From an uncultured delta proteobacterium (GTDB taxonomy: Bacteria > Desulfobacterota > Desulfomonilia > UBA1062), in assembly GCA_963798485.1 (NCBI GenBank), contig CAWCTR010000005.1:1-64000 (forward strand): DNA of 64,000 bases. Direction: 5' to 3'. Positions 8,433 to 17,807 of this stretch are shown here, in pieces. Every line of letters starts with the position of its first letter. Positions within the stretch are counted from its first letter, which is position 1. Below the pieces are notes generated by a model, which saw only the letters and a list, made by a program, of their open reading frames with translations, was not told where the DNA came from and searched no databases. The translations under genes were made by a program, and so were the position numbers.

Positions 8433-8920
8433 CTTTCGCCCCCCAACTTTTTTTGATTCTTGCCCCAACAGCCTTTATAAACGACCGCATGTTGAAGAAC
8501 GGACAAGATTGAAGCAATGGACCCGATTAACACGAAAGACTTCTCCCTGTATGATTCCTTGCCCACAGATTAAAAAATCTTTCTCTCCAAACTCGTCGTT
8601 GTGAGGGTGCCAACGCTGCGGATCACCGGACGCAAACACAGCGGAGCACCAAGCCTGAATTTGCCAATGGCCGTGAAGCGGAGCAGAGACAGAGGCAAGC
8701 CCCCACGCGGTTTGCGGTCCGCTGGATTTGCTGGTTGGCACTTTCGCCCCCCAACTTTTTTTGATTCTTGCCCCGACAGCCTTTATAAACGACCGCATGT
8801 TGAAGAACGGACAAGATTGAAGCAATGGACCCGATTAACACGAAAGACTTCTCCCTGTATGATTCCTTGCCCACAGATTAAAATTCTTTCTCTCCAAACT
8901 CGTCGTTGTGAGGGTGCCAA
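8307..8920 (-). repeat. Tandem pair of near-identical ~307-bp ORF-less cassettes (8307-8613, 8614-8920)
   Basis: Direct repeat with a handful of differences; each unit is ~175 nt body + attC. Confidence 0.95.
8608..8740 (-). other. attC site (long, copy of 8301-8432)
   Basis: - strand TGCCAAC...GTTGGCA. Confidence 0.9.
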
Positions 8921-8972
8921 CAATGCGGATCAGCCGCGGCCCTAGGCCGTCGGCTGAATTTGCTGGTTAGAC
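8915..8972 (-). other. attC site
   Basis: - strand GTCTAAC...GTTGGCA; TCAGCCG/CGGCTGA arms. Confidence 0.9.
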
Positions 8973-9940
8973 ATTTTCAGGAATCCTGCTTTTTCCAATT
9001 CGTTCTTTGTTGGCAGTCCCCAAAATATATAATGGCCATGTCCTGCACTAAAACGATGCCTATAGCTCAAATTAATGGATTTTTCTGTAATTGTGACCTT
9101 AGCGTACTTTTTGAATAATCTTTTGCTAATTGGCCGCGCAGACATTGTGATTGCTGCCATATCATCGACTTCGTCTTTAACCTTCCATGGGTAGTTGTCA
9201 GGGAAGGTGACAGTTGCATCAAAATGAGAGGAAAACGAGGGTGTTGAGCCAACCAACTCAACATTATTTTGACGAATTAGATGGTTTCTCAAAGTGTTTT
9301 TAAGGTCTGGCAAGGACTTATACAAATCAAGCTCTTCTTGGAACATCGCATGTTGTCCTACGATGTCAAAGTCTAATGTAAACAATACTCGGTCCCCGGC
9401 TTTCAATGAGCCGTTGGTTCGAAGAGTAAAGCTATATCCATCTGTGCCTAGAGGGCAAACCTCGACTTTCATTCGTGTGTCATTACCAACTACTTGTAAG
9501 GTGGTACGATAGTCCTCAATTGTTTCGCTTCCATAGGTAGTATGAGGTCTGTATGCATAGTATGAAAATGGACCAATGCTTGTAATCCCGTCACGAGTTA
9601 CCTTGAATACCATATCAACATGATGATGAGTAACAAAATTGCCTGCACGCCATATGTAAGGAGTGTATGTTGCTTTTGAATTGCTTCTATAGTAGCCCAT
9701 AATGTTGCTGTACATTCGTGTTGTGTTCGACATGTATCTAAAGATAATGAACAAGAAGCTTCCTATAATGATAAGACCGCCACTAAATGAATAAAGAGAG
9801 AGTTGTAAAGTTATCGTATAGTCAAAGGCATATATCCTCTTTATGATTGGGAGACTAAGACCTGCTAGACCAACTATTATTGATGCTAGCAAATTACCAA
9901 GGAGACCAGATTCTTTTATGAATGAAATAGCTCTGTTCAT
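8942..9940 (-). CDS. Hypothetical AT-rich protein with two N-terminal hydrophobic segments (first ordinary cassette)
   Basis: 332 aa ORF; stop codon lies inside its attC. Confidence 0.8.
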   Translation of the reverse strand: MNRAISFIKESGLLGNLLASIIVGLAGLSLPIIKRIYAFDYTITLQLSLYSFSGGLIIIGSFLFIIFRYMSNTTRMYSNIMGYYRSNSKATYTPYIWRAGNFVTHHHVDMVFKVTRDGITSIGPFSYYAYRPHTTYGSETIEDYRTTLQVVGNDTRMKVEVCPLGTDGYSFTLRTNGSLKAGDRVLFTLDFDIVGQHAMFQEELDLYKSLPDLKNTLRNHLIRQNNVELVGSTPSFSSHFDATVTFPDNYPWKVKDEVDDMAAITMSARPISKRLFKKYAKVTITEKSINLSYRHRFSAGHGHYIFWGLPTKNELEKAGFLKMSNQQIQPTA

Positions 9941-9960
9941 ATTCCATCCCTTTTGTTAAT

Positions 9961-10092
9961 GTCTAACGTATAGCGTTTTATCCATTGTCCCGCCGAAATT
10001 ATAGCAGGAGGAGATCAGGGGAGCAATGGTCATAATTTTAGGATGATATATGATTACTAAGCTGCGGGATGATGGATAAAAGGCCGTTGGAC
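9961..10092 (-). other. attC-like terminal hairpin of the inserted element
   Basis: - strand GTCCAAC GGCC TTTTATCCATCATCCCGC ... GCGGGACAATGGATAAAA CGCTATAC GTTAGAC. Confidence 0.75.
9998..10026 (-). promoter_or_regulatory. sigma70-type promoter pointing into the cassette array
   Basis: TTGCTC-N17-TATAAT with extended -10 TG. Confidence 0.7.
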
Positions 10093-10370
10093 TGTGCCGC
10101 TCCGGGCATACTTATTATCTATGGGCATTGTATCCGGATACTTCGCTAAAGAATAGTGGTTGATGATCTTGTTTGTGAAGGAGACGGCGTCTCTCGATAT
10201 GGTAATCGGTCGAAGATGTTGATCTTGAGACTGGATGTGAACCGTGAAAGTGAAGCATTTTGGTGGTATCTCAGACCTCAAGGCGTACCACTCCTGCACC
10301 CCAGTTGAACAAAGAACCTTGGGGCTGTCAGGAGCATGCAGTGTATGCGTATGTGTTTTTTGTTTGCTCA

Positions 10371-11621
10371 TCACGGAGAATTCAAGATCAATGGTTGATT
10401 GGGGCCAGCCTTAGTAACGCCCATTGCCTGGAAAGGAATTTCGGAGATCCGCTTCATGGTGCCTTTCCGGCAGGAAGGGCACTGGGTGATATCCATGCCG
10501 GTAAGCTGGAGCATCAATTCCTGAGTTGATTTATCAGCCGGACTCGAAGACTGAGAAGTGCAGTTGAGAAGCACTCTGATCCTGTTCAAGTCCTGTTTTT
10601 TCGACCTGTTGGCCAGAAAGCCGTAATGACGGATGCGCATGAAGCCATCGGGAAGGACATGGAGCAGGAACCGTCGAATGAATTCCACGGCATCAAGCGT
10701 CATGATCTTGCGGGTGTTCCGGTCCTTTCGGTCCTGGTAGTGGAACATGACCTTGTCGTCATGCATCGCAATGATGCGATGGTTGGAGATGGCCACCCGG
10801 TGGGTGTACCGGCCGAGGTAATCGAGCACCTGTTCAGGTCCGGCAAAGGGTTTCTTGGAGTAGACCACCCATTCTTGCTCTTTAAGTTTCCGGATCAGCT
10901 TCTTGAACCCGGATGGAACGCCGAGGTGAACGGAACTGCCGGGGAAGCTCAGTTCGCTGGAACGATAGGATCTCTCCAGATAATCGATGAACTTGCCTCT
11001 GAAGACGCGGGAGAGTGCCCTGACCGGAAAGAGGAAATGCCGGCGAGAAGCTATCCAGCGTTCTCTGTCGAAGGAGAGTGCACCGGCCGGGATTACGCAA
11101 TGCAGATGGTAATGATCCAGGAGCACTTGGCTCCAGGTATGGAGGATCAGGATGAAGCCCATCTTGCCGCCCAGAGAGTTCCGTGGATTATGGCCGAACT
11201 CAGCTAGGGTCTCGGATACCGACTTGAAGAGAATGGAGTAGATCTCCTTCTTGTTGCACTGGGCGATGGGGTTGATATCATGAGGCAGGGTGAACACCGT
11301 GTGGAAGTACCCTACCGGAATGAGCTCCTCAATCCGTGCTTCGAGCCACCTCGCCTTGGCCATAGTCTGGCACTTGGGGCAGTGCCTGTTGCGGCAAGAG
11401 TTGTAGAACGGTCGTTCATAACCGCACCTGTCGCAACGCTCGATATGTCCCCCCTGGAACTCGGTACGACAGCGGATGATGGCGGATATGACTCTTCTGT
11501 GGGCAAGGGGAGTCGGATAGGCCGCCTGGTAGTCACTGCCATGGACACGGAAGATATCTGCCACCTCGCAACTCTGTACAGGATGCTTCTGGGTACAGGC
11601 TTGCGTGATTGGGGCTAACAT
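10371..11621 (-). CDS. IS91-family (Y2/HUH) rolling-circle transposase
   Basis: Zn motif SCRNRHCPKCQ, HUH HYHLH, Y2 motif YLGRYTHRVAISN, EFIRRFLLHVLP.GF.RIRHYG. Confidence 0.95.
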   Translation of the reverse strand: MLAPITQACTQKHPVQSCEVADIFRVHGSDYQAAYPTPLAHRRVISAIIRCRTEFQGGHIERCDRCGYERPFYNSCRNRHCPKCQTMAKARWLEARIEELIPVGYFHTVFTLPHDINPIAQCNKKEIYSILFKSVSETLAEFGHNPRNSLGGKMGFILILHTWSQVLLDHYHLHCVIPAGALSFDRERWIASRRHFLFPVRALSRVFRGKFIDYLERSYRSSELSFPGSSVHLGVPSGFKKLIRKLKEQEWVVYSKKPFAGPEQVLDYLGRYTHRVAISNHRIIAMHDDKVMFHYQDRKDRNTRKIMTLDAVEFIRRFLLHVLPDGFMRIRHYGFLANRSKKQDLNRIRVLLNCTSQSSSPADKSTQELMLQLTGMDITQCPSCRKGTMKRISEIPFQAMGVTKAGPNQPLILNSP

Positions 11622-12475
11622 GACTGGCCTCCCTCTAGATGGCATGCCTCAATGTCCAGAGGGCTCCTGACGGAAGAGAGTCCGGTGCGCGTAAGATGCA
11701 GGTAACGCGCGGTGGTATTGATGTAGCTATGTCCCATCAGTTCCTGGATAGTACGAAGGTTGACACCGGACTCCAGTAGGTGCGTGGCGAAGCAATGCCG
11801 CAGGGTATGAATACCCCGGCCTCCGGTGATTCCTGCCTTTCTCCTGGCTTTGTCATAGATTCGCTGTGCAGTGGTAATGTGCATGGTGTTCTTGCGGTCA
11901 CGACCAGAAAACAGCCATACTGTGGGGCGGTACATCTTCATAAAGACCTGCATCTCATCCCAAAGTCGCTGGGAGAGGATCGTGTACCGATCCTTGTTGC
12001 CTTTTGCCTGCTCAATGCGGATGGTCATGCGCGATCCGTCGATATGCTTCGGCTTCAAGCGCACCACTTCGCTGACTCGCAAGCCTGCTGAGTAAGTCGT
12101 CATGAGCAGGAGGCGATGCTTGGGGTTGGCGGTACAGTCAAAGAGACGCTCTATGGCTTCCCTGCTCATAATCTCGGGCAACTGGGACTTGTTCTTACGG
12201 GGCGGTATGCTTAGGCGTATAGATTCATAGCCAAGAGTCTCCGAGTAGAAAAACCGGAAGGCGGACACCGCTAAGTTGCATGAGCTCCAGGCAAGCTTCC
12301 TTTCTTTCATCAGGTAAAGCAGATAATCCTGTACTTCCGTATTCGTGATCTTGTCGGGTGACCTCCCAAAATACTTCGCAAGCGCGGCAACAGCCATAAC
12401 ATAAGACTTCTGAGTCCGCTGTGAAAACCTCCTGAGCTGCATCTCACGAATCATCTTCTCCCGTAGTTCCGTCAT
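11615..12475 (-). CDS. Tyrosine recombinase (SAM-like N-terminus), lacks the IntI-specific insertion
   Basis: YSAGLRVSE, KGNKDR, HTLRHCFATHLLE, LMGHS, TTARY. Confidence 0.95.
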   Translation of the reverse strand: MTELREKMIREMQLRRFSQRTQKSYVMAVAALAKYFGRSPDKITNTEVQDYLLYLMKERKLAWSSCNLAVSAFRFFYSETLGYESIRLSIPPRKNKSQLPEIMSREAIERLFDCTANPKHRLLLMTTYSAGLRVSEVVRLKPKHIDGSRMTIRIEQAKGNKDRYTILSQRLWDEMQVFMKMYRPTVWLFSGRDRKNTMHITTAQRIYDKARRKAGITGGRGIHTLRHCFATHLLESGVNLRTIQELMGHSYINTTARYLHLTRTGLSSVRSPLDIEACHLEGGQSC

Positions 12476-12622
12476 GCCATACCTCCTTGTTTTTGTGGTT
12501 TAGTGAACAGGGAGATATGATACCGTAACTATAGATTATCGAAGGGTATTAATCGGGTGAGCTGTTGCTTAAGGACAATTTGATCAGCAAATTCAAGAGA
12601 CTCCGCGACAGCGGCTTAGTTC

Positions 12623-12650
12623 ACATACGACTTTCGTAAACAAAATATGT
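12623..12650 (-). other. Candidate attI (integrase-proximal part)
   Basis: - strand TTTTGTTTACGAAAGTCGTATGT directly upstream of intI; joins TAGAC in the reconstructed empty site. Confidence 0.6.
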
Positions 12651-12651
12651 A

Positions 12652-12679
12652 TTGACTTAGATGGATTATTTGTTATTTT
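12652..12679 (+). promoter_or_regulatory. Candidate intI promoter
   Basis: TTGACT-N16-TATTTT with extended TG. Confidence 0.4.
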
Positions 12680-12767
12680 CAAGTTTATCCCTCCTTACAT
12701 ACATTGATTCATAAAAGTTCATACTGAAAAACTATGTGATTGATTGGATGTACCTGTCAAGGAGGGA

Positions 12768-13739
12768 ATGATGCCTGAAAGGATTAAGCTGGCGGATCAG
12801 ATCAGGAATATACTGCGCTGCAAACATTACTCCATCAGAACCGAAAAGACTTATCTCTCCTGGATCAAACAGTCTGTTGTCTTTCATCACATGCGGCATC
12901 CCCGAATCATGGGAGTGGCAGAGATCGAAGCTTTTCTCACACACCTGGCCGTGCGCCGAAGGGTCAGCTCCTCCACCCAGAACCAGGCCTTCAATGCCAT
13001 CCTGTTTCTGTACCGCGATGTTCTTAATATGGAGCTCGATCAGACCATTGATGCCGTGCGGGCTAAAAGACCCCTGCGGGTCCCCGTTGTCATGTCCCGG
13101 GAAGAAGTGGCTAAGGTCCTGAGCTTTCTGAAAGGTACCGCCAGGCTCATGGTAAGCATGCTCTACGGCTGCGGGCTCAGGATCACGGAATGCTGTAAGC
13201 TCAGGGTCAAGGATGTCGATTTTGCTATGCATCAGATAACCATTTTCGATGGCAAGGGGAACAAAGACCGTGTAGTCATGCTCCCTGAAAAGCTCCTGAG
13301 CTTACTGCGTGAACAGATTGATCGGGTCAAAATCGTTCACCAGAATGATCTCAGGCAGGGGTACGGGTCAGTCTTCATGCCGTTTGCGCTTGAACGAAAA
13401 TATCCCGGGGCTTCACGGCAGTTGGGCTGGCAATATGTGTTTCCCGCGCTCTCAATATCAAAAGACCCGCGCAGCCAGGTAATGAGGCGCCACCATGTCA
13501 GTCCCTCATGCATCCAGAAGGCTGTCAGGAAAGCGGGTGAGACAGCGGGAATAATCAAACATTTCGGGTGCCATACGTTCAGGCATAGTTTTGCCACTCA
13601 TCTGCTTGAAGATGGTTATGACATCCGCACGGTTCAAGACCTGCTCGGACACAAGAGCCTGAACACCACCATGATCTACACCCATGTCATGCAGCGCGGC
13701 GCTGGTGCGGTGAAGAGCCCGCTCGACCGCATGGGCTGA
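12768..13739 (+). CDS. intI: Integron integrase
   Basis: [30 protein letters not shown], integron insertion [55 protein letters not shown]; GGAGG RBS. Confidence 0.97.
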   Translation: MMPERIKLADQIRNILRCKHYSIRTEKTYLSWIKQSVVFHHMRHPRIMGVAEIEAFLTHLAVRRRVSSSTQNQAFNAILFLYRDVLNMELDQTIDAVRAKRPLRVPVVMSREEVAKVLSFLKGTARLMVSMLYGCGLRITECCKLRVKDVDFAMHQITIFDGKGNKDRVVMLPEKLLSLLREQIDRVKIVHQNDLRQGYGSVFMPFALERKYPGASRQLGWQYVFPALSISKDPRSQVMRRHHVSPSCIQKAVRKAGETAGIIKHFGCHTFRHSFATHLLEDGYDIRTVQDLLGHKSLNTTMIYTHVMQRGAGAVKSPLDRMG

Positions 13740-13927
13740 AAACGCGCAAACTCCGTCCCATAAGGGTGGATACATGCGGATGTTCCGGGCCCTCCTCTTC
13801 ATACACTCATACGTGATGCCATTCCATTTCATGGTGCGTTCTTATACTGCATTTATAGCAGGGAGAGGGGAACGTTGTCAAAGGGTTGGATGGTTTGATT
13901 CACTCTCTTGACTTCGCTGCCCAATAG

Positions 13928-14575
13928 ATGTTTATACGCGCTATGTTTCTGATCGTTGCAGGCGGGGAGCCGCCGGGTAAAGAGCTGCTTCATGGCCTGG
14001 CATTGAAGGCCGACATGATCATTGCAGCGGATAAAGGCGCGCAGTACTGCCTGGACGGCGGCATAACGCCCCGGCTCGTGGTGGGAGACATGGATTCGCT
14101 TGACAAAGGCAGTGCAGAAAGGCTTTCCGCATTGGGCGTAGCGATGAAGCGCCTCAATACGGACAAGGACCGGACCGACACGGAGATCGCCCTTGATGAG
14201 GCAATAATCCGCGGTGCAAAGCGCGTGGAGATCCTGGGGGCCATCGGTGACCGCATCGACCACACCCTCGCAAACATCCATTTGTTGCGCAAGGCATTGC
14301 ACCATGGGATCAAGGCGCGGATCACCTCAGAGAACCAGCAGATCTTCCTGGTGGATTCCAGCGAGACAATCGGCAACAGCAAGGGCCGCACCGTGTCATT
14401 TCTGCCGCTTACCGAACAGGTGGCGGGTATTTCGCTCAAAGGCTTCCTCTATGAGCTTGAAGAGGCATTCATGGAGATCGGGAAGCCCTATGGCATAAGC
14501 AATGTCGTCACGGGCGATCAGGCCTTGGTCAAGGTGGGCAAGGGGATCTTGCTTGCCGTTCTGACCATGGTCTGA
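13928..14575 (+). CDS. thiN: Thiamine diphosphokinase
   Basis: IAADKGA, VGDMDS, KDRTDTEIA, GAIGDRIDHTLAN, GISN. Confidence 0.92.
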   Translation: MFIRAMFLIVAGGEPPGKELLHGLALKADMIIAADKGAQYCLDGGITPRLVVGDMDSLDKGSAERLSALGVAMKRLNTDKDRTDTEIALDEAIIRGAKRVEILGAIGDRIDHTLANIHLLRKALHHGIKARITSENQQIFLVDSSETIGNSKGRTVSFLPLTEQVAGISLKGFLYELEEAFMEIGKPYGISNVVTGDQALVKVGKGILLAVLTMV

Positions 14576-14678
14576 ATATAAGGTGCATGCTAAGGTAGTG
14601 ACATGCACAAATGTTGGTGATATCGTAAACGCTGATGCATGGATAAACAAATAAGTAAACAAGGGTAAGGAGGATAAC

Positions 14679-15584
14679 TTGAAGAAGTTCGCGTCATTGA
14701 TTCTGGTGGTACTGTTCATGATGGTCGGATGTTCCGGGTCGGACAAGGGTGCTTTAGGGAAAGACGGCACTATGGTGGCCAGGGTAGGTGACAAGGTCAT
14801 CTCCGGCAAGCAGATTGATAAATTCCTTGAAAACCTGCCGCCGCAGGTAAGCTCCCGCTATGGCGCGGCCCGTATCCGCAGGGAGATTGCCGATGGCTTT
14901 GTCAACATGGAGATGCTGGCCTGGGAGGCTCATAAACGCGGGATCGACAAGAGGGAAGATGTCAAGCTCAAGATGGAGTTGGTTGTTGACCAGTCACTTG
15001 CCCGTGAGCTTGAGGAAGATATCAGGAAGGGCATCACGGTGAGTGATGCCGATACGAAGAAATACTATGATGAGCACCCGGATAAATATGGCGCCCGTAC
15101 CCGTGTCTTTGCACGGCAGATCATGCTTGCTTCCGAGCCGGAGGCCAAGTCAATTGCTGATAAGATTAAAAAAGGGGGTAATTTCGAAGATCTTGCCAAG
15201 CAGTTTTCCAAGGATAAGGAGACTGCACCAAAGGGTGGGGATATCGGGCTTGTTACCCCCGGCAAGCTGGACACGGCGCTGGAAAAGGCGGTCTTCAGCC
15301 TGAAAGAAGGCGAGACCAGCCCTATTGTAAAGACTGCAAAAGGGTTTTACATCCTCAAGGCCGACAGGGTGGCATCCAGCAAGGAAAGGCCCTACGACGA
15401 GATGAAGAAATCCATTGAGAACCTCATGATACGCGAGAAAGTGAACAAGGCGTTGAGCGATCTCAAGGAAGAGGTAAGGAAGAATGCGAAGGTGGAGGTC
15501 AATGAGAAATACTTTGCGCAGTTCAAGGATGCGGCCCCTCAGCCGAATCCGCTTCCAAGGCCTGACGCCGGGCCTGCCGAGTAA
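14679..15584 (+). CDS. PpiC/parvulin-type peptidyl-prolyl isomerase lipoprotein (PrsA-like)
   Basis: Lipobox MVGC; FEDLAKQFSKD..TA.KGGDIG; VKTAKGFYIL. Confidence 0.9.
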   Translation: MKKFASLILVVLFMMVGCSGSDKGALGKDGTMVARVGDKVISGKQIDKFLENLPPQVSSRYGAARIRREIADGFVNMEMLAWEAHKRGIDKREDVKLKMELVVDQSLARELEEDIRKGITVSDADTKKYYDEHPDKYGARTRVFARQIMLASEPEAKSIADKIKKGGNFEDLAKQFSKDKETAPKGGDIGLVTPGKLDTALEKAVFSLKEGETSPIVKTAKGFYILKADRVASSKERPYDEMKKSIENLMIREKVNKALSDLKEEVRKNAKVEVNEKYFAQFKDAAPQPNPLPRPDAGPAE

Positions 15585-15604
15585 GAGGGTATAAGGGGAA
15601 AAAC

Positions 15605-16828
15605 TTGGCGCTGTATACCTGGAACGGATACAACGAGAAGGGGAAGGCCTCTTCCGGTATGATGGATGCAGTCTCCATTCGGGAGGCAAAGCTGAAGCTC
15701 CGTTCCCAGGGTATGTTTGTGAGTACCATAACCGAAGAGGCCCACGGCCTGGCTAATCCCCTCAAAAACATCTCCATAAGGGGTCTGTTGGACCGCGTAG
15801 GGATGGAAGACCTGACGGTAACCACCCGTCAGCTCTCCACCCTCATCGGTGCCTCAATCCCGCTGGTGGATGCCTTGAGCGCCCTTTATGAGCAGACCGA
15901 TGCACCTGCCATGAAGAAGACCATCGCCCAGGTGAGGGATTCCGTTAATGAGGGGTTGTCCTTTGGCGACGCCCTGGCCCAGCACAAGAGGGTTTTCCCG
16001 GAACTGTACGTGAATATGGTGCGTTCAGGTGAGGCGAGCGGCGCCTTGGATGTTGTCTTGCTGAGGCTGGCCGAGTTCATGGAGGGCCAGCATCGCCTCA
16101 GGGCGAAAATCGGGGCGGCCATGGTCTATCCGGCTGTCCTGCTTATGATCTCAATAGTGGTGCTCATGTATCTGCTCACGGCAGTGGTCCCCAAGGTGGT
16201 GGGCATGTTCGAGAGCATGAAGCAGACCCTGCCGCTGCCCACGAGGATACTCATCGCCATAAGCACCTTCCTCTCATGGACCTGGTGGGTGATTATCCTG
16301 GGCATCATTCTTGCCGTTGTCCTTATCATGAAGTGGAGGAAGACCGATCAAGGCGCCTTCAAGTTCGACCGGTTCAGGCTGCGTTTCCCGGTATACGGCA
16401 CCATCTATAAGAAGGTATCCGTGGCGAGGTTTGCCCGTACTCTGGGCACGCTGCTTTCATCAGGGGTGCCCATCATCGAATCGCTGCGTATCGTCAAGAC
16501 CGTTGTCCAGAACAGGATCATGGAAATCGCCATTGAGAATTCCATTACCGAGATCATGGATGGTTCCAGCCTGGCCGCACCGCTCAAGAAGTCGGGTGTT
16601 TTCCCGCCCATCCTCGTGCATATGGTCAGTGTGGGAGAGAAGAGCGGAAGCCTGGAACAGATGCTCATGAAGGCAGCCGAGTCTTATGAAGGCGATGTCG
16701 AGACCACGGTGGCGGGGCTCACATCGGTGATCGAGCCCCTCATGATCGTTATTATGGGCACGCTGGTAGGTTTTGTGGTGCTCTCTATTCTCCTGCCCAT
16801 GCTGGAGATGAGCACCATCGTACGATAG
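15605..16828 (+). CDS. gspF: T2SS inner-membrane platform protein
   Basis: TRQLSTLIGASIPLVDAL, GEASGALD, AMVYP, GEKSGSLEQML. Confidence 0.95.
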   Translation: MALYTWNGYNEKGKASSGMMDAVSIREAKLKLRSQGMFVSTITEEAHGLANPLKNISIRGLLDRVGMEDLTVTTRQLSTLIGASIPLVDALSALYEQTDAPAMKKTIAQVRDSVNEGLSFGDALAQHKRVFPELYVNMVRSGEASGALDVVLLRLAEFMEGQHRLRAKIGAAMVYPAVLLMISIVVLMYLLTAVVPKVVGMFESMKQTLPLPTRILIAISTFLSWTWWVIILGIILAVVLIMKWRKTDQGAFKFDRFRLRFPVYGTIYKKVSVARFARTLGTLLSSGVPIIESLRIVKTVVQNRIMEIAIENSITEIMDGSSLAAPLKKSGVFPPILVHMVSVGEKSGSLEQMLMKAAESYEGDVETTVAGLTSVIEPLMIVIMGTLVGFVVLSILLPMLEMSTIVR

Positions 16829-16849
16829 AAATTCAAGAGGTGAGAGAAC

Positions 16850-17317
16850 ATGGTGAGAAATCGAAAAGGATTCACATTAATAGAACTCCTCGTGGTAATT
16901 GTCATCCTGAGCATATTGGCCACCTTTGTCGGCATAAGGATTATGGGCAAGCCCGAGGAGGCCCGCCGGACACAGGCCAAGATCCAGATTCAGTCCCTGG
17001 AGAATGCGCTCGGGATGTACAAGATGGATAACGGTGAATATCCCACCACCGAGCAGGGGCTCAAGGCCCTGGTGGAAGCACCTACAACCGGCAACATCCC
17101 GAAGAGCTGGAGGGCCGGCGGCTATCTTGACAAGAGCCAAGTGCCCAAAGACCCGTGGAAGAATGATTATGTCTATATGTTCCCCGGGGTGAGAAACCCG
17201 AACGGTTTTGACCTCTTCTCAAACGGTCCCAGCGGACAGCCTGGCGGAGAAGGGGACAATGCGCAAATCGGGAACTGGGATGACGAAGCTCAAGGGGCAC
17301 AGTCTGGAAAGAAGTAA
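16850..17317 (+). CDS. gspG: T2SS major pseudopilin
   Basis: GFTLIE, YPTTEQGLKALV, PKDPW. Confidence 0.95.
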   Translation: MVRNRKGFTLIELLVVIVILSILATFVGIRIMGKPEEARRTQAKIQIQSLENALGMYKMDNGEYPTTEQGLKALVEAPTTGNIPKSWRAGGYLDKSQVPKDPWKNDYVYMFPGVRNPNGFDLFSNGPSGQPGGEGDNAQIGNWDDEAQGAQSGKK

Positions 17318-17807
17318 AAAAGGCTTCACCCTTATAGAGTTGATGATCGTGCTGGTGATCATCGGCATTACGCTGGGCTACATCGGTCCGCGGATCTTCA
17401 ACAGCTTGTCCACTTCCAACATGGACCGGGCGGTAAGGGATATAACGACCATGATCCAGGTAGGCAGGTCCTCGGCCATTACCCAGCATAAAACCTTTTT
17501 CATACGGTTCGATCTGGACAATGATAAAATAGCACTCTATCCAATGCCCGAGACATCCGGGGTGGTACCCCAGATGCTTAAAGAGAGGAAAATGCCTGAT
17601 GGGGTCGTATTGAAAGGCATCAAGTCGCCGTATCAGTCCGAAAAGGATAATGGCGAGATGGATCTGAAGATTTCCACCGAGGGTGTGGTCGAGCAGGGGG
17701 TGATATATCTTGATGGCGCCCTTGGGACGACGTACACCCTTGTAGTGAAACCTTTTTCAGGGACGCTCAAGTTCTATGACCACTATGTGGAGATATCCTA
17801 TGGATAA
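17280..17807 (+). CDS. gspH: T2SS minor pseudopilin (start uncertain)
   Basis: KKGFTLIELMIV; gene order. Confidence 0.8.
   Translation: MTKLKGHSLERSKKGFTLIELMIVLVIIGITLGYIGPRIFNSLSTSNMDRAVRDITTMIQVGRSSAITQHKTFFIRFDLDNDKIALYPMPETSGVVPQMLKERKMPDGVVLKGIKSPYQSEKDNGEMDLKISTEGVVEQGVIYLDGALGTTYTLVVKPFSGTLKFYDHYVEISYG

Larger units (their letters stand above)
9968..12624 (-). mobile_element. Tyrosine recombinase + IS91-family transposase element inserted in attI
   Basis: Two coupled genes; removing 9968-12624 restores ...GTCGTAT-GTTAGAC; GAAC at the upstream end and CTATAC at the downstream end. Confidence 0.85.
1..13739. mobile_element. Chromosomal integron: intI + attI + cassette array on - strand (continues past left window edge)
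   Basis: IntI with the integron-specific insertion, divergent from co-oriented ORFs separated by RYYYAAC...GTTRRRY hairpins. The first 6 nt of each intact cassette are complementary to its own R'' box. Confidence 0.95.

Noticed and set aside
8224-8945. 73-116 aa ORFs over the duplicated cassettes
   Set aside because: They span the attC hairpins, lack an RBS and have no protein-like motifs.
742-9967. Recurrent palindromes as a CRISPR array or terminators
   Set aside because: Variable length and sequence, gene-sized spacers and AAC/GTT cores identify them as attC sites.
10057-10374. 105-aa ORF after the transposase
   Set aside because: No recognisable features and it runs into the terminal hairpin; more likely a non-coding element end, though not excluded.
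12660-12767. LexA box upstream of intI
   Set aside because: No CTGT-N8-ACAG or other motif I can recognise.
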